Positions 1 to 9,350 of a stretch of 22,912 nucleotides of DNA are shown here, piece after piece. The notes below the pieces were generated by a model, which was not told the DNA's origin, ran no database searches, and saw only the letters and a list, made by a program, of their open reading frames with translations. A program made the translations under genes and the position numbers. This stretch comes from Desulfurella sp. (GTDB taxonomy: Bacteria > Campylobacterota_A > Desulfurellia > Desulfurellales > Desulfurellaceae), in NCBI GenBank assembly GCA_031960885.1, contig JAVRLY010000017.1, positions 1 to 22,912 of the forward strand. The letters run 5' to 3'. Each line of letters begins with the position of its first letter. Position 1 is the first letter of the stretch.

Positions 1-1
1 A

Positions 2-217
2 AGCAGGCAATTTGCTAATATCTGTGCCTTTAAATATTACAGAACCGCTTTTTATAGGTATAATACCAGTAATTGCTCTAAGCAATGTAGTTTTGCCAGC
101 GCCATTTGCGCCAATAATTGTAGTAAGGCCACTGCACGTATTTAAACTTACATCCCACAAGATTTGAATTTCTCCATAGCCGGCATTTAAGTTTTTAACT
201 TCTAATACGCAACTCAT
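2..217 (-). CDS. livF: LIV-type ABC transporter ATP-binding protein (LivF-like), 3' end runs off the window
   Basis: Not in the ORF track. Manual translation from ATG at 217: MSCVLEVKNLNAGYGEIQILWDVSLNTCSGLTTIIGANGAGKTTLLRAITG. Walker A GANGAGKTT and the typical LivF start (L-x-A-G-Y-G). ATGA overlap with the upstream stop at 214-216. Confidence 0.9.
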   Translation of the reverse strand, partial: MSCVLEVKNLNAGYGEIQILWDVSLNTCSGLTTIIGANGAGKTTLLRAITGIIPIKSGSVIFKGTDISKLPA

Positions 218-960
218 CTTTGCCCCACTAATTGTAATGCTAATGATGGATCGCCCAAATATGCTTCAATGACTTTGGGATTATTAGAAATTTCTACAGG
301 CGAGCCTTGAGCAATTTTTTCTCCGGAATCTAAAACCATTATATTATCGCTTACTTTCATTATAGCATGCATAAGATGCTCTATCATAATTATGGTAACA
401 CCATTTTCTTTTATTTTTAAAATAACTTCTAGCATGCTATCTACTTCTTTGGGGTTTAGGCCAGCTAATACCTCATCTAGCAAAAGAACCTCTGGTTCGT
501 TTGCTAAGGCCCTTGCAAGCTCTAATCTTTTTTTGAACGCTACATTTAATTGGTTTGCGAGATTAAATACTTTTGTGGATAAACCTACAAAGTGTATCAC
601 ATCCAATGCAACATTTTGTGCTTGCTTTAAATTATAGTTTTTTTTGCCAAAACATGCGCCTACCATTACATTTTCAAGAACTGTTAGCTCTCCTAAGGGC
701 TTTACTATTTGATGTGTGCGAGCAATGCCCAAGCGTGCGCGCTTATGTGGCGCAAGTTTTGTAATGTCTTTGCCTTTAAAGTATAAAGAGCCAGTTTGAG
801 GTTTATATACACCACTTATAATATTAAACAATGTGGTTTTGCCAGCGCCGTTTGGTCCAATGACGCCAAAAATGGTTTTTTCTTGTACCTCAAAAGAAAC
901 ATTGTTTACAGCAATAAGTCCGCCAAATGACAATTTTAAGTCAACGCCTTTTAAAATCAT
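214..960 (-). CDS. livG: LIV-type ABC transporter ATP-binding protein (LivG-like)
   Basis: FGGLIAV start, Walker A GPNGAGKTT, GIARTHQ, Walker B LLLDE, IEH switch, C-terminal VIEAYLG typical of LivG. Confidence 0.92.
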   Translation of the reverse strand: MILKGVDLKLSFGGLIAVNNVSFEVQEKTIFGVIGPNGAGKTTLFNIISGVYKPQTGSLYFKGKDITKLAPHKRARLGIARTHQIVKPLGELTVLENVMVGACFGKKNYNLKQAQNVALDVIHFVGLSTKVFNLANQLNVAFKKRLELARALANEPEVLLLDEVLAGLNPKEVDSMLEVILKIKENGVTIIMIEHLMHAIMKVSDNIMVLDSGEKIAQGSPVEISNNPKVIEAYLGDPSLALQLVGQR

Positions 961-1919
961 TCCAATACCTTCCGCAAAGATTTAAAGTACTTTACAAAAA
1001 ATCCTACAATGCCACTTGGTGCAAATAAGACGATAATGAGCAATAAAACCCCAGTAATTGCCAAATGCAAATCTTTAACATACGGCAATACAAGCAACAT
1101 ACCTTTAACCTTTTCATATATTAGCGCTCCAATTGTAGCACCAGCTATACTGCCATAACCTCCAAGCATCACCATTACAATCATCTCAATAGATTTTATT
1201 AAATTAAATGCACCCGATGGCTCAATATTTCCTGCTTTAAAAGCAAAAATACCGCCAGCGATGGCTGGAAAAAATGCCGATATTGTATATGCAAGTGATT
1301 TGTATATTTTTGTTTTTATTCCAAGCACGATGCTTGCATCTTCATCTTCCCTAATAGAAAAAAGACCCAGTCCAAATTTGGATTTTTTTATAAAATACGC
1401 ACTTACAATGCTAATTATTGCCAAAAAGCCCATTAAATAGTATGAGAGCCAAATGGCTTTCATAGCTCCACCGTATTTATCATATACGCTAAAGTCAAAG
1501 TATAATCCCATTGCGCCACCAAGAAACGAGATGTTGTTTATTAAGCTTTTTAAAGCTTCATTTACGCCAATTGTGGCTATTGCAAAAATTGCTCCCCTTA
1601 GGCTCAAAACTGCTTGCCCCAGCACAAAAGCAAGCGTTGAAGCTAACAACCCACTTACAATGAGCGATAAAAACAAATTAACTTTAAAAGCATACATTAA
1701 ATAAAAAGATGTATAAGCTCCAATTCCATAATACACAATATGGCCAAAGCTCACATATCCCGTAAAGCCCATTATAATATTTAAGCTAACAGACAATGTA
1801 ATACTAAGTAGTATTAAAAAAATTGTTTCTCTAAGCATTACATTATCAGTAACTATTGGGTATAAAACCAAAACAATTAAGGCAGGCAACAACACATATA
1901 GCGTGTATCCTTTTTCCAT
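957..1919 (-). CDS. livM: LIV-type ABC transporter permease (LivM-like)
   Basis: Multi-TM protein with NIIMGFTGYVSFGH, LRGAIFAIAT, SIREDEDAS..LGI and MVMLGGYGS motifs. Confidence 0.9.
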   Translation of the reverse strand: MEKGYTLYVLLPALIVLVLYPIVTDNVMLRETIFLILLSITLSVSLNIIMGFTGYVSFGHIVYYGIGAYTSFYLMYAFKVNLFLSLIVSGLLASTLAFVLGQAVLSLRGAIFAIATIGVNEALKSLINNISFLGGAMGLYFDFSVYDKYGGAMKAIWLSYYLMGFLAIISIVSAYFIKKSKFGLGLFSIREDEDASIVLGIKTKIYKSLAYTISAFFPAIAGGIFAFKAGNIEPSGAFNLIKSIEMIVMVMLGGYGSIAGATIGALIYEKVKGMLLVLPYVKDLHLAITGVLLLIIVLFAPSGIVGFFVKYFKSLRKVLE

Positions 1920-1920
1920 A

Positions 1921-2772
1921 TTAGCGTCTCCCCATTAAACCGGTTGGTTTAACCAGTAAGATTATGACAAGTATTGTAAATTCAATAAATGGCATGTAAT
2001 CAACTGGAATTTTGAGTGTGAGTATATTTTCAAGCAGACCTAAAATTAATCCGCCCACTATTGAGCCAGCTGGGTTTCCTAAACCGCCAAGCACACAAAT
2101 GACAAAGCTTTTGAGTTCATATACACTGCCAGATAAGACTGTAAATGGAAATAGCGTTGCAATTAATGCACCCGATACACTTGCAAAAGCTACACCCAAT
2201 CCAAATGCAATAGCTAAAACAAGAGTGGTATTAATACCATAGAGTTTTGCTGCGGTTTGGTTTTGCGATACTGCTCGTATGGCTTTGCCTAGCGATGTTT
2301 TAAATAAAAATAAGTAAAGTATCGCTGTAAGCAAAAGCGATAGTGTGCCAACAAGTACCTTAGCATACGATATACTTGAGTAACCAATTTGTATTGAGCC
2401 AAGATTTATATCTATAGCTCTTGGGTTGGTTGTGAAAAAAAATGTACCTAAACCAATTAGTATCAGACTCAAAGCGTAAGTGGAAAGAAGCGTCGTTAGT
2501 TCTGCTTGGTTTAAAACTCTATATAAACTAACAAAAAAAGCAATAATACCTACAACTAAACCTACTACAAAAATGGGTGCAATCGCAGCATAAACGCTTA
2601 GTCCAAGCAATTTAACACTTAAATACGCTGCAAACATTCCCAAAGCTATAAAAGCTCCATGAGATAGGTTTATGACTTTCATTACGCCCCATATAAGGTT
2701 TAGGCCTAAGGCAGCTACGCCGTAGGCCAAACCTATCAAGATACCGTTAATAATTGCACTTAACCACACCAT
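1921..2772 (-). CDS. livH: LIV-type ABC transporter permease (LivH-like)
   Basis: ALGLNLIWGVMKVINLSHG, GKAIRAVSQN..AA.LYGIN, VLGGLGN and KPTGLMG motifs. Confidence 0.9.
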   Translation of the reverse strand: MVWLSAIINGILIGLAYGVAALGLNLIWGVMKVINLSHGAFIALGMFAAYLSVKLLGLSVYAAIAPIFVVGLVVGIIAFFVSLYRVLNQAELTTLLSTYALSLILIGLGTFFFTTNPRAIDINLGSIQIGYSSISYAKVLVGTLSLLLTAILYLFLFKTSLGKAIRAVSQNQTAAKLYGINTTLVLAIAFGLGVAFASVSGALIATLFPFTVLSGSVYELKSFVICVLGGLGNPAGSIVGGLILGLLENILTLKIPVDYMPFIEFTILVIILLVKPTGLMGRR

Positions 2773-2786
2773 TTTTAATTTTTCCG

Positions 2787-4040
2787 CTATTTCTTAAATT
2801 TTATACTGTATGGAAACGCTAATTTAGCATTTGCTGCTGAAAGCGGCCATACTATTTCTTTTGCTAGTTTGTCATTTGATTTTAGCCATTGTAAGTAAAC
2901 CATCTCGTGTCCAATTTGCAAGCCATGATATTTGCCTTGTGCAAATTTAATCTGACCATAAAATGTCATTATATTCATCTTATCCAAATCTTGCTTTACT
3001 TTTTTTGAATCTAAACTACCGGTTTCTTCAATAGCTTTTTGTATAACTAAGGCTGATGCAAAGCCGCCTGCTGCGTGATAGCCGGGTTCTTGTTTGTATG
3101 CACTTCTATAATTGTTTGCAAACCACTCTACAGTTGGTCCATAGTATGGTAGTCTTAGTTTTTTAGCATTTTGTGGGCTGTAGCTTACCTCAGGCTCCCA
3201 CTGAGAAGGACCCGTTACATAAAGTGCAGCTTCTCCAATTTCAGTAAATTTTGGTACAGCTGGTGCCACTATCAAAGATATCAATTTTAAAGGTATCTTT
3301 TGTTCATAAACCTGTTTTGCAAGTGTTTCGCCATCAGCAAAATGACCACCGCCAATTAAAGCATCGGGCTTTAGTGATGACATTTTGTTTAAAAATGCGC
3401 TAAAATCTGTGGTATTTGGTGTATAGGCTTCAAACATTACAACATTAAAGCCATTTTTTTGCGCATATACTTTGGCTGCATCGCATACCGCTTTGGCAAA
3501 CTCGCTTTGTTCATAGATAATTGCAACTTTTTTAGCCTTTGGGTCATGTTTTTTTAACATATCCAAAGAACCCGTTAAATACCTCGATGCGGGTGTATAC
3601 ATTTGATATACCATAGAAAAGCCTTTTGCAAAAATATCGTCAGCTGCAGCGCCAGTGCTAATCATGATTTTACCATATTGCTCAGCTATAATAGCTGCTG
3701 TTGCGGTTAAATCAGAGCTGTATGGGCTTATTAGGAAGTCCACATGGTCATTGTTTATGAGCCTTACATACAGTTGTTGAACGCGCTCTTTGTTGCTTTC
3801 ATCATCGTAGTATTTAAGCACAACAGGAAGCTTTTTGCCCATCGATTTTACATAGATGCCGCCATTTTTGTTTACGAAATTAGCCCACAATTGCAACCCT
3901 TGCAATTGCGCTTTGGATTCAGCGTTTAATTTACCAGTTAGAGAGGTAGTAAAACCAATAATTATGCTGTCTTTAGCATAAGCTTGAACAGCAAACAAGC
4001 TAAAGATAAAAACCGCTAGCCATGTCAAAAATTTTCTCAT
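2787..4040 (-). CDS. Periplasmic substrate-binding protein, LIV/type I PBP family (ligand uncertain)
   Basis: Sec signal peptide MRKFLTWLAVFIFSLFAVQAYA|K, then IIIGFTTSLTG, NKNGGI, YYDDES, SPYSS. SD GGAGGTG 4 nt upstream of the ATG. First gene of the liv-type operon. Confidence 0.88.
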   Translation of the reverse strand: MRKFLTWLAVFIFSLFAVQAYAKDSIIIGFTTSLTGKLNAESKAQLQGLQLWANFVNKNGGIYVKSMGKKLPVVLKYYDDESNKERVQQLYVRLINNDHVDFLISPYSSDLTATAAIIAEQYGKIMISTGAAADDIFAKGFSMVYQMYTPASRYLTGSLDMLKKHDPKAKKVAIIYEQSEFAKAVCDAAKVYAQKNGFNVVMFEAYTPNTTDFSAFLNKMSSLKPDALIGGGHFADGETLAKQVYEQKIPLKLISLIVAPAVPKFTEIGEAALYVTGPSQWEPEVSYSPQNAKKLRLPYYGPTVEWFANNYRSAYKQEPGYHAAGGFASALVIQKAIEETGSLDSKKVKQDLDKMNIMTFYGQIKFAQGKYHGLQIGHEMVYLQWLKSNDKLAKEIVWPLSAANAKLAFPYSIKFKK

Positions 4041-4068
4041 GCAACACCTCCTTTAAATTTCTTACATA

Positions 4069-4097
4069 ATTGTAACTAATTATTTAATATTTGTCAA
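4069..4097 (-). promoter_or_regulatory. Sigma70-type promoter of the ABC transporter operon
   Basis: Minus strand reads TTGACA (4097-4092), 17 nt spacer, TACAAT (4074-4069), about 30 nt upstream of the SBP ATG. Confidence 0.75.
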
Positions 4098-4204
4098 TTT
4101 AAATTCAATCATTAGTTAATACTTTTACGAATTGCTCAAGGTGAATTATAAGTTATTAATACCCAGTTTAAACGCAAATCGTTCTTGTTGCACTAACAAT
4201 AAAC

Positions 4205-4232
4205 TTGATTTTTTTATCTAATCGTTTATACT
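4205..4232 (+). promoter_or_regulatory. Putative sigma70 promoter of secA
   Basis: TTGATT (4205-4210), 16 nt spacer, TATACT (4227-4232), followed by AAAGGGAG SD and ATG at 4255. Confidence 0.5.
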
Positions 4233-4254
4233 CACAAAGGGAGATATAGAAAAT

Positions 4255-6636
4255 ATGATTGGAAATTTACTAAAAAAAGTTTTTGGCACACAAAACGAAA
4301 GGGTATTAAAAAGTATAGAGCCTATAGTTGCAAAAATTAATGAAAAAGAATCTACGTATAAAAATATGAGCAACAATCAGCTTAAAGAAGCATACCAAAA
4401 GCTTAAAATTGAACACGAAAACGGCAAATCACTAGATGATTTGCTAGTAGATTCGTTTGCTATAACAAGAGAGGTAGCTAGTAGAACATTATCGATGCGT
4501 CATTTTAATGTTCAACTAATTGGCGGTTTTGTATTGCATCAAGGGAAAATTGCTGAGATGAAAACAGGCGAAGGTAAAACGCTTGTTTCAACGTTGCCTA
4601 TAGTATTAAATGCACTTACAAAAAAAAATATACATCTTATTACAGTAAATGATTATTTGGCCAAAAGAGATGCTTTATGGATGGGCCCTATATATAAGTT
4701 TTTGGGTTTAAATGTGGGTGTCATCCAACAAGAAAATAAATCTTATTTAGTTGAATTCGACAATGCTGAAACATTTAGCACTAAGCTTGTGGCTTGTGAA
4801 CGCAAAGATGCATATTTGGCGGATGTTACATACGGCGTAAATAGCGAGTTTGGTTTTGACTATTTGAGAGACAATATGGCTTACTCCAAAGATGAGTGGG
4901 TTCAAAGGGGTTTTTATTACGCTATAATCGACGAAGTAGACTCAATTTTGATTGATGAGGCTAGAACGCCTCTTATTATATCAGGTCCAAGCGGCACGCC
5001 AACGAAAGTTTATTATGCAGTTGATAAAGCTATAAGTCAGTTGACAAAGGACGACTACGAGGTTGATGAGAAACTAAAAACGGCTGTTTTGACGGATAAA
5101 GGTGTTGAAAAAATTCAAAAACTATTGCATATTGATAATCTTTACGATAGTAAAAATATAGAAATTATACACATAGTAAATCAATCCTTAAAAGCTCATA
5201 CATTATTTTTAAAAGACAGAGACTACATTGTAAAAGATGCAAAAGTTATCATTATAGACGAATTTACTGGCAGGATGATGCCAGATAGGCGCTACTCAGA
5301 TGGATTGCACCAGTCTATTGAAGCAAAAGAAAAAGTTAAGATTCAAGAAGAATCACAAACACTTGCAACCATAACTTTTCAAAACTATTACAGAATGTAT
5401 GAAAAATTGTGTGGTATGACGGGTACAGCCGATACAGAAAGCAGAGAGTTTAAAGAGATATACAATTTAGATGTCGTTGTCATACCGACAAATCAGCCTA
5501 TGGTAAGGTTGGATAGACAGGATTTGATCTTCAAAACACATAAGGAAAAGGTTAACGCCATAATAAATGAAATTAAAGCGAGATACGAAAAAGGCCAACC
5601 TGTGCTGATTGGTACAACGAGCGTTGAAAAATCTGAAGAATTGCATAAAGTGCTTACAAAGATGCGCATACCACATATGGTATTAAATGCTAAACATCAT
5701 GAAAAAGAAGCAGAAATTATTGCACAAGCTGGTAAAAAAAAGGCAGTCACAATTGCTACAAATATGGCTGGCCGCGGCGTTGATATTAAAATAGATGAAG
5801 AAGTGGCAAAACTGGGCGGCTTATTTATACTTGGCACAGAACGTCACGAATCAAGAAGGGTAGACAACCAACTAAGGGGTAGATCAGGTAGGCAAGGCGA
5901 TCCTGGAGAATCCAGATTTTTCTTGTCCTTAGAGGATGATTTACTTAGAATATTTGGATCTGAGCGTATTCAAGTTATAATGGATAAACTTGGTTTACAA
6001 GAAGGCGAAGCTATAGAAAATAAATTTGTTACAAGGGCCGTTGAAAACGCGCAAAAGAAAGTTGAAGAATATAACTTTGACATTAGAAAGCATTTGCTCG
6101 ATTACGATAATGTAGCAAATACTCAAAGAAGCGTAATTTATAAGCAAAGAAAGGAAATTTTAGAAAAAGACAGTATAAAGGATACAATTCTAGATTTTAT
6201 AGATGATGTTACTGAGTCAATGGTAGATAGTTACTTAGAAAATTTAATTGACCTAAAGGCTTTGAGAATAAAATTTAAACAGATATTTAATTTAGAAATT
6301 GAACTTGATGAAAAAGAAAATGATAGAGAAAAAATTATTGAACAACTTCGCAATTTAGTCCTTAATGCTTATAAAGAAAAGGAAGATATATTGCAAGACC
6401 AGATGAGGGAACTTGAAAAAAATATATTGCTTCAAGTTTTGGATTCTGCATGGCGAGAGCACTTAAAAAATATGGATGCTTTAAGAGAATCTATTGGACT
6501 TAGAGGTTATGGGCAAAGGGATCCTTTGGTTGAATATAAGAAAGCCTCTTTTGAAATGTTTGAGGATATGATAAACAATCTCAAAGAAGATAGTTTATCA
6601 ACCTTATTCCATTTAAAAATTGTTTTTGAGAATTGA
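4255..6636 (+). CDS. secA: Preprotein translocase ATPase SecA (compact, 793 aa)
   Basis: MKTGEGKT Walker A, VTVNDYLAKRD, EFGFDYLRDN, IDEVDSILIDEARTPLIISG, ATNMAGRG, HESRRVDNQLRGRSGRQGDPG, GYGQRDPLVEYK. Confidence 0.98.
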   Translation: MIGNLLKKVFGTQNERVLKSIEPIVAKINEKESTYKNMSNNQLKEAYQKLKIEHENGKSLDDLLVDSFAITREVASRTLSMRHFNVQLIGGFVLHQGKIAEMKTGEGKTLVSTLPIVLNALTKKNIHLITVNDYLAKRDALWMGPIYKFLGLNVGVIQQENKSYLVEFDNAETFSTKLVACERKDAYLADVTYGVNSEFGFDYLRDNMAYSKDEWVQRGFYYAIIDEVDSILIDEARTPLIISGPSGTPTKVYYAVDKAISQLTKDDYEVDEKLKTAVLTDKGVEKIQKLLHIDNLYDSKNIEIIHIVNQSLKAHTLFLKDRDYIVKDAKVIIIDEFTGRMMPDRRYSDGLHQSIEAKEKVKIQEESQTLATITFQNYYRMYEKLCGMTGTADTESREFKEIYNLDVVVIPTNQPMVRLDRQDLIFKTHKEKVNAIINEIKARYEKGQPVLIGTTSVEKSEELHKVLTKMRIPHMVLNAKHHEKEAEIIAQAGKKKAVTIATNMAGRGVDIKIDEEVAKLGGLFILGTERHESRRVDNQLRGRSGRQGDPGESRFFLSLEDDLLRIFGSERIQVIMDKLGLQEGEAIENKFVTRAVENAQKKVEEYNFDIRKHLLDYDNVANTQRSVIYKQRKEILEKDSIKDTILDFIDDVTESMVDSYLENLIDLKALRIKFKQIFNLEIELDEKENDREKIIEQLRNLVLNAYKEKEDILQDQMRELEKNILLQVLDSAWREHLKNMDALRESIGLRGYGQRDPLVEYKKASFEMFEDMINNLKEDSLSTLFHLKIVFEN

Positions 6637-7051
6637 AACACCTTTTTCAAAAGATTTAATGCTTATCATAAAAGAAAAATTAATAGATAGAATTGTTTTT
6701 GTTGACAAGAGCATGGACTATGAGCAGAGTTCTTTACAAAAGATGTTTTCTATGATATTTAGAAAAAAGGATATTTTGTTATTTGATTATGATTTGCTAA
6801 ATTGGGGAATATTAAGTAGTGAACAAAAAATGGTGTATGATTCTTTAAGGCGCATAAGTGGTGTTATTACGTATAAAGTATTTGGTGAAATGTTTGGTTT
6901 TCATCAAAGAAAAATAGCTTATCTAATGAAGACTAACCCATTCGCGTATGTTATACCGTGTCATAGAGTTATTGGAACAAAATCTATCGGCGGATATCAA
7001 TTTTCTGTTGAACTGAAAAAAGAATTACTGAACTTCGAAAAAAATATATAA
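6620..7051 (+). CDS. ogt: O6-methylguanine-DNA--protein-cysteine methyltransferase (MGMT/Ogt family), divergent
   Basis: NP....IPCHRV active-site motif, upstream ITY...R, downstream GGY....K..LL..E. The TTG start overlaps the secA end by 17 nt, so the start is uncertain. Confidence 0.8.
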   Translation: MFLRIETPFSKDLMLIIKEKLIDRIVFVDKSMDYEQSSLQKMFSMIFRKKDILLFDYDLLNWGILSSEQKMVYDSLRRISGVITYKVFGEMFGFHQRKIAYLMKTNPFAYVIPCHRVIGTKSIGGYQFSVELKKELLNFEKNI

Positions 7052-7063
7052 GGAGTTTTGGGA

Positions 7064-8245
7064 ATGGATTTATTTGATAAATGCAAAAATTTTGTAACTT
7101 ACAAGGAAGTTAAAGATGCTGGTTTATATCCGTATTTTCAACCAATTTCAAGCGAACAAGGCACAGAAGTTATAATTAATGGTAAAAAAATTCTAATGCT
7201 TGGCTCTAACAGCTATTTGGGTCTTACTGTTCATCCAAAAGTAAAAGAAGCAGCAATTAATGCGATAAAAAAGTATGGCACAGGTTGTGCTGGGTCGCGT
7301 TTTTTAAATGGCACACTAGATATACATATAGAGCTTGAAGAAAAATTGGCGGCATTTACGAAAAAAGAAAAAGCTGTGCTTTTTTCAACTGGTTTTCAAG
7401 CAAATTTAGGTGCCATCGCTGGCCTTGTTGGCAAAGACGACTATGTGATTATTGATAAATCAGACCATGCGAGCATTGTTGACGGTACTAAATTGTCATT
7501 TGGCGAAGTAAAGCGTTTTTTACACAATGATATGCAATCTTTGGAAAAAACCCTCCAATCAATTGATATAAATGCTGGTAAATTCATAGTTGTTGATGGC
7601 GTATATAGCATGGATGGAGATATTGCCAATTTGCCAGAGATTATCAAATTAAAAAAACGTTACAATGCGCGTGTTATGGTAGATGATGCGCATGCTTTTG
7701 GTGTAATAGGCGAAAAAGGTTCAGGTACTGCAAGTTACTTTAATTTGACGGATGAAACTGATATTATAATGGGTACATTTAGTAAATCTTTTGCCTCGCT
7801 TGGTGGTTTTATTGCAGCAGATGCTTACGTGATAGATTATTTAAAGCATTTTGCAAGAAGCCTAATATTTTCTGCGAGCATTACGCCCGCTTCATGCGCA
7901 GCTGTGCTTGCAAGTCTTGAGATTATGCAGAAAGAACCCGAGCTAATTGAAAAGTTATGGGCAAATACAAATCGTCTAAGAGATGGTTTAAAAAATGCAG
8001 GTTTTGATACTTTTCAAAGTTGCACGCCAATCATACCTGTGCTTGTTGGTGACGATATGAAAGTGTTGCAGTATAGAAAAATGTTATTTGAAGAAGGTGT
8101 TTTTGTTAATCCAGTAATTTCTCCAGCTGTTCCAAAGAACAAAGCGCTTATTAGGTTAAGCTTAATGGCTACGCATACGTTTGAGCAAATTGATTTTGCT
8201 TTAGAAAAAATTATCAAAGTAGGCAAATACTTAGGTGTTGTATGA
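7064..8245 (+). CDS. spt: Serine palmitoyltransferase (alpha-oxoamine synthase family, PLP-dependent)
   Basis: [63 protein letters not shown] (PLP lysine), [22 protein letters not shown]. As recalled, this motif set matches Bacteroidota-type SPT better than BioF or Kbl. Start moved to ATG 7064, 8 nt after AGGAG (7051-7055). Confidence 0.8.
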   Translation: MDLFDKCKNFVTYKEVKDAGLYPYFQPISSEQGTEVIINGKKILMLGSNSYLGLTVHPKVKEAAINAIKKYGTGCAGSRFLNGTLDIHIELEEKLAAFTKKEKAVLFSTGFQANLGAIAGLVGKDDYVIIDKSDHASIVDGTKLSFGEVKRFLHNDMQSLEKTLQSIDINAGKFIVVDGVYSMDGDIANLPEIIKLKKRYNARVMVDDAHAFGVIGEKGSGTASYFNLTDETDIIMGTFSKSFASLGGFIAADAYVIDYLKHFARSLIFSASITPASCAAVLASLEIMQKEPELIEKLWANTNRLRDGLKNAGFDTFQSCTPIIPVLVGDDMKVLQYRKMLFEEGVFVNPVISPAVPKNKALIRLSLMATHTFEQIDFALEKIIKVGKYLGVV

Positions 8246-9345
8246 TAATTGAAGCAAAAAACGATAGTTTAATAAAAGAATTTATAGATTTTCCATTTTC
8301 ATTTTATAAAAAAGATAAATTTTGGGTTCCACCGCTACGCTTTGAGGAGAAAAAATTATTCGACACCAAAAATCCATTTTATAAAAACGCACAAATCAAA
8401 TTGTTTCTTTATAAAAAAGATGGCCAAATACAGGGCAGAATTGCTGCGATTATTAACAGATGGCATAACGATTACCACAAAGATAAAGTTGGTTTTTTTG
8501 GTTTTTTTGAATGCATCAATGATTATGATGTAGCAAACAAACTGTTTGATAGTGCAAGTGAATTTTTGAAAGAAAATGGTTTAAAATCCATAAGGGGTCC
8601 AGCAAATCCATCTTTCAATCATACATGCGGTTTGTTATATAGAGGGTTTTTCCAAGAGCCAGTTTATATGATGCCATATAACCCAAAATACTATGTGGAT
8701 TTAGTAGAACATTATGGCTTTAAAAAAGCAAAAGATTTATTTGCATTTTACTTATCTGTTGCAAACAAACCACAGCATAAATACATAGAATTATCTGAAA
8801 AAATAGCAAAAAAATATAATGTAGTATTAAGAAGCCTATCAAAAAAGTATTTTGAGCGCGATTTAGAAATTTTGTGGGATATTTATTGCAAAGCATGGGC
8901 TGATAATTGGGGTTTTGTGCCCCCTACCAAAGAAGAGTTTTTTTATTTATCAAAAGATATGAAAAATTTGGTTAGCTCAGAACTTGTGATTATAGCAGAA
9001 AAAGACGGCATACCATGTGCATATTCTGCCATTATACCAGATTTTAACTATTTATTAAAAAAAGCCAAAGGATCAATTACACCAATAAACATAGTTTCTA
9101 TTATTTCTACTATACCAAAAATTGATAATTATAGGCTGATTACACTTGGAATTATTCCAGAATTTAGAAAGTTGGGCATTGATTTGCTTTTATATGTAAA
9201 AAGTTTTGAAGTTGTCGAAAAAAGAAACGGCAAAGGCGGCGAACTTTCATGGACGCTAGAAGACAATGACAAAATAAACAAAGCTATAGTTTCAATGAAT
9301 GCAGAACATTACAAAACCTACCGCATTTACGAAAAGAATATTTGA
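8242..9345 (+). CDS. GNAT-fold N-acyltransferase, bacterial ceramide synthase (bCerS/YghO-like)
   Basis: [65 protein letters not shown] (acyl-CoA-binding motif A), [19 protein letters not shown] overlap with spt. Confidence 0.72.
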   Translation: MIIEAKNDSLIKEFIDFPFSFYKKDKFWVPPLRFEEKKLFDTKNPFYKNAQIKLFLYKKDGQIQGRIAAIINRWHNDYHKDKVGFFGFFECINDYDVANKLFDSASEFLKENGLKSIRGPANPSFNHTCGLLYRGFFQEPVYMMPYNPKYYVDLVEHYGFKKAKDLFAFYLSVANKPQHKYIELSEKIAKKYNVVLRSLSKKYFERDLEILWDIYCKAWADNWGFVPPTKEEFFYLSKDMKNLVSSELVIIAEKDGIPCAYSAIIPDFNYLLKKAKGSITPINIVSIISTIPKIDNYRLITLGIIPEFRKLGIDLLLYVKSFEVVEKRNGKGGELSWTLEDNDKINKAIVSMNAEHYKTYRIYEKNI

Positions 9346-9350
9346 TTTTA

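Noticed and set aside
7058..7063. TTG start for spt given in the ORF track
   Set aside because: Only 2 nt from the AGGAG. ATG at 7064 has optimal spacing.
7064..8245. Annotation as BioF (8-amino-7-oxononanoate synthase) or Kbl
   Set aside because: No bio or tdh genes nearby. The GTFSKS, YPYF and [11 protein letters not shown] motifs and the coupled cerS-like gene favour SPT. Not formally excluded without a phylogeny.
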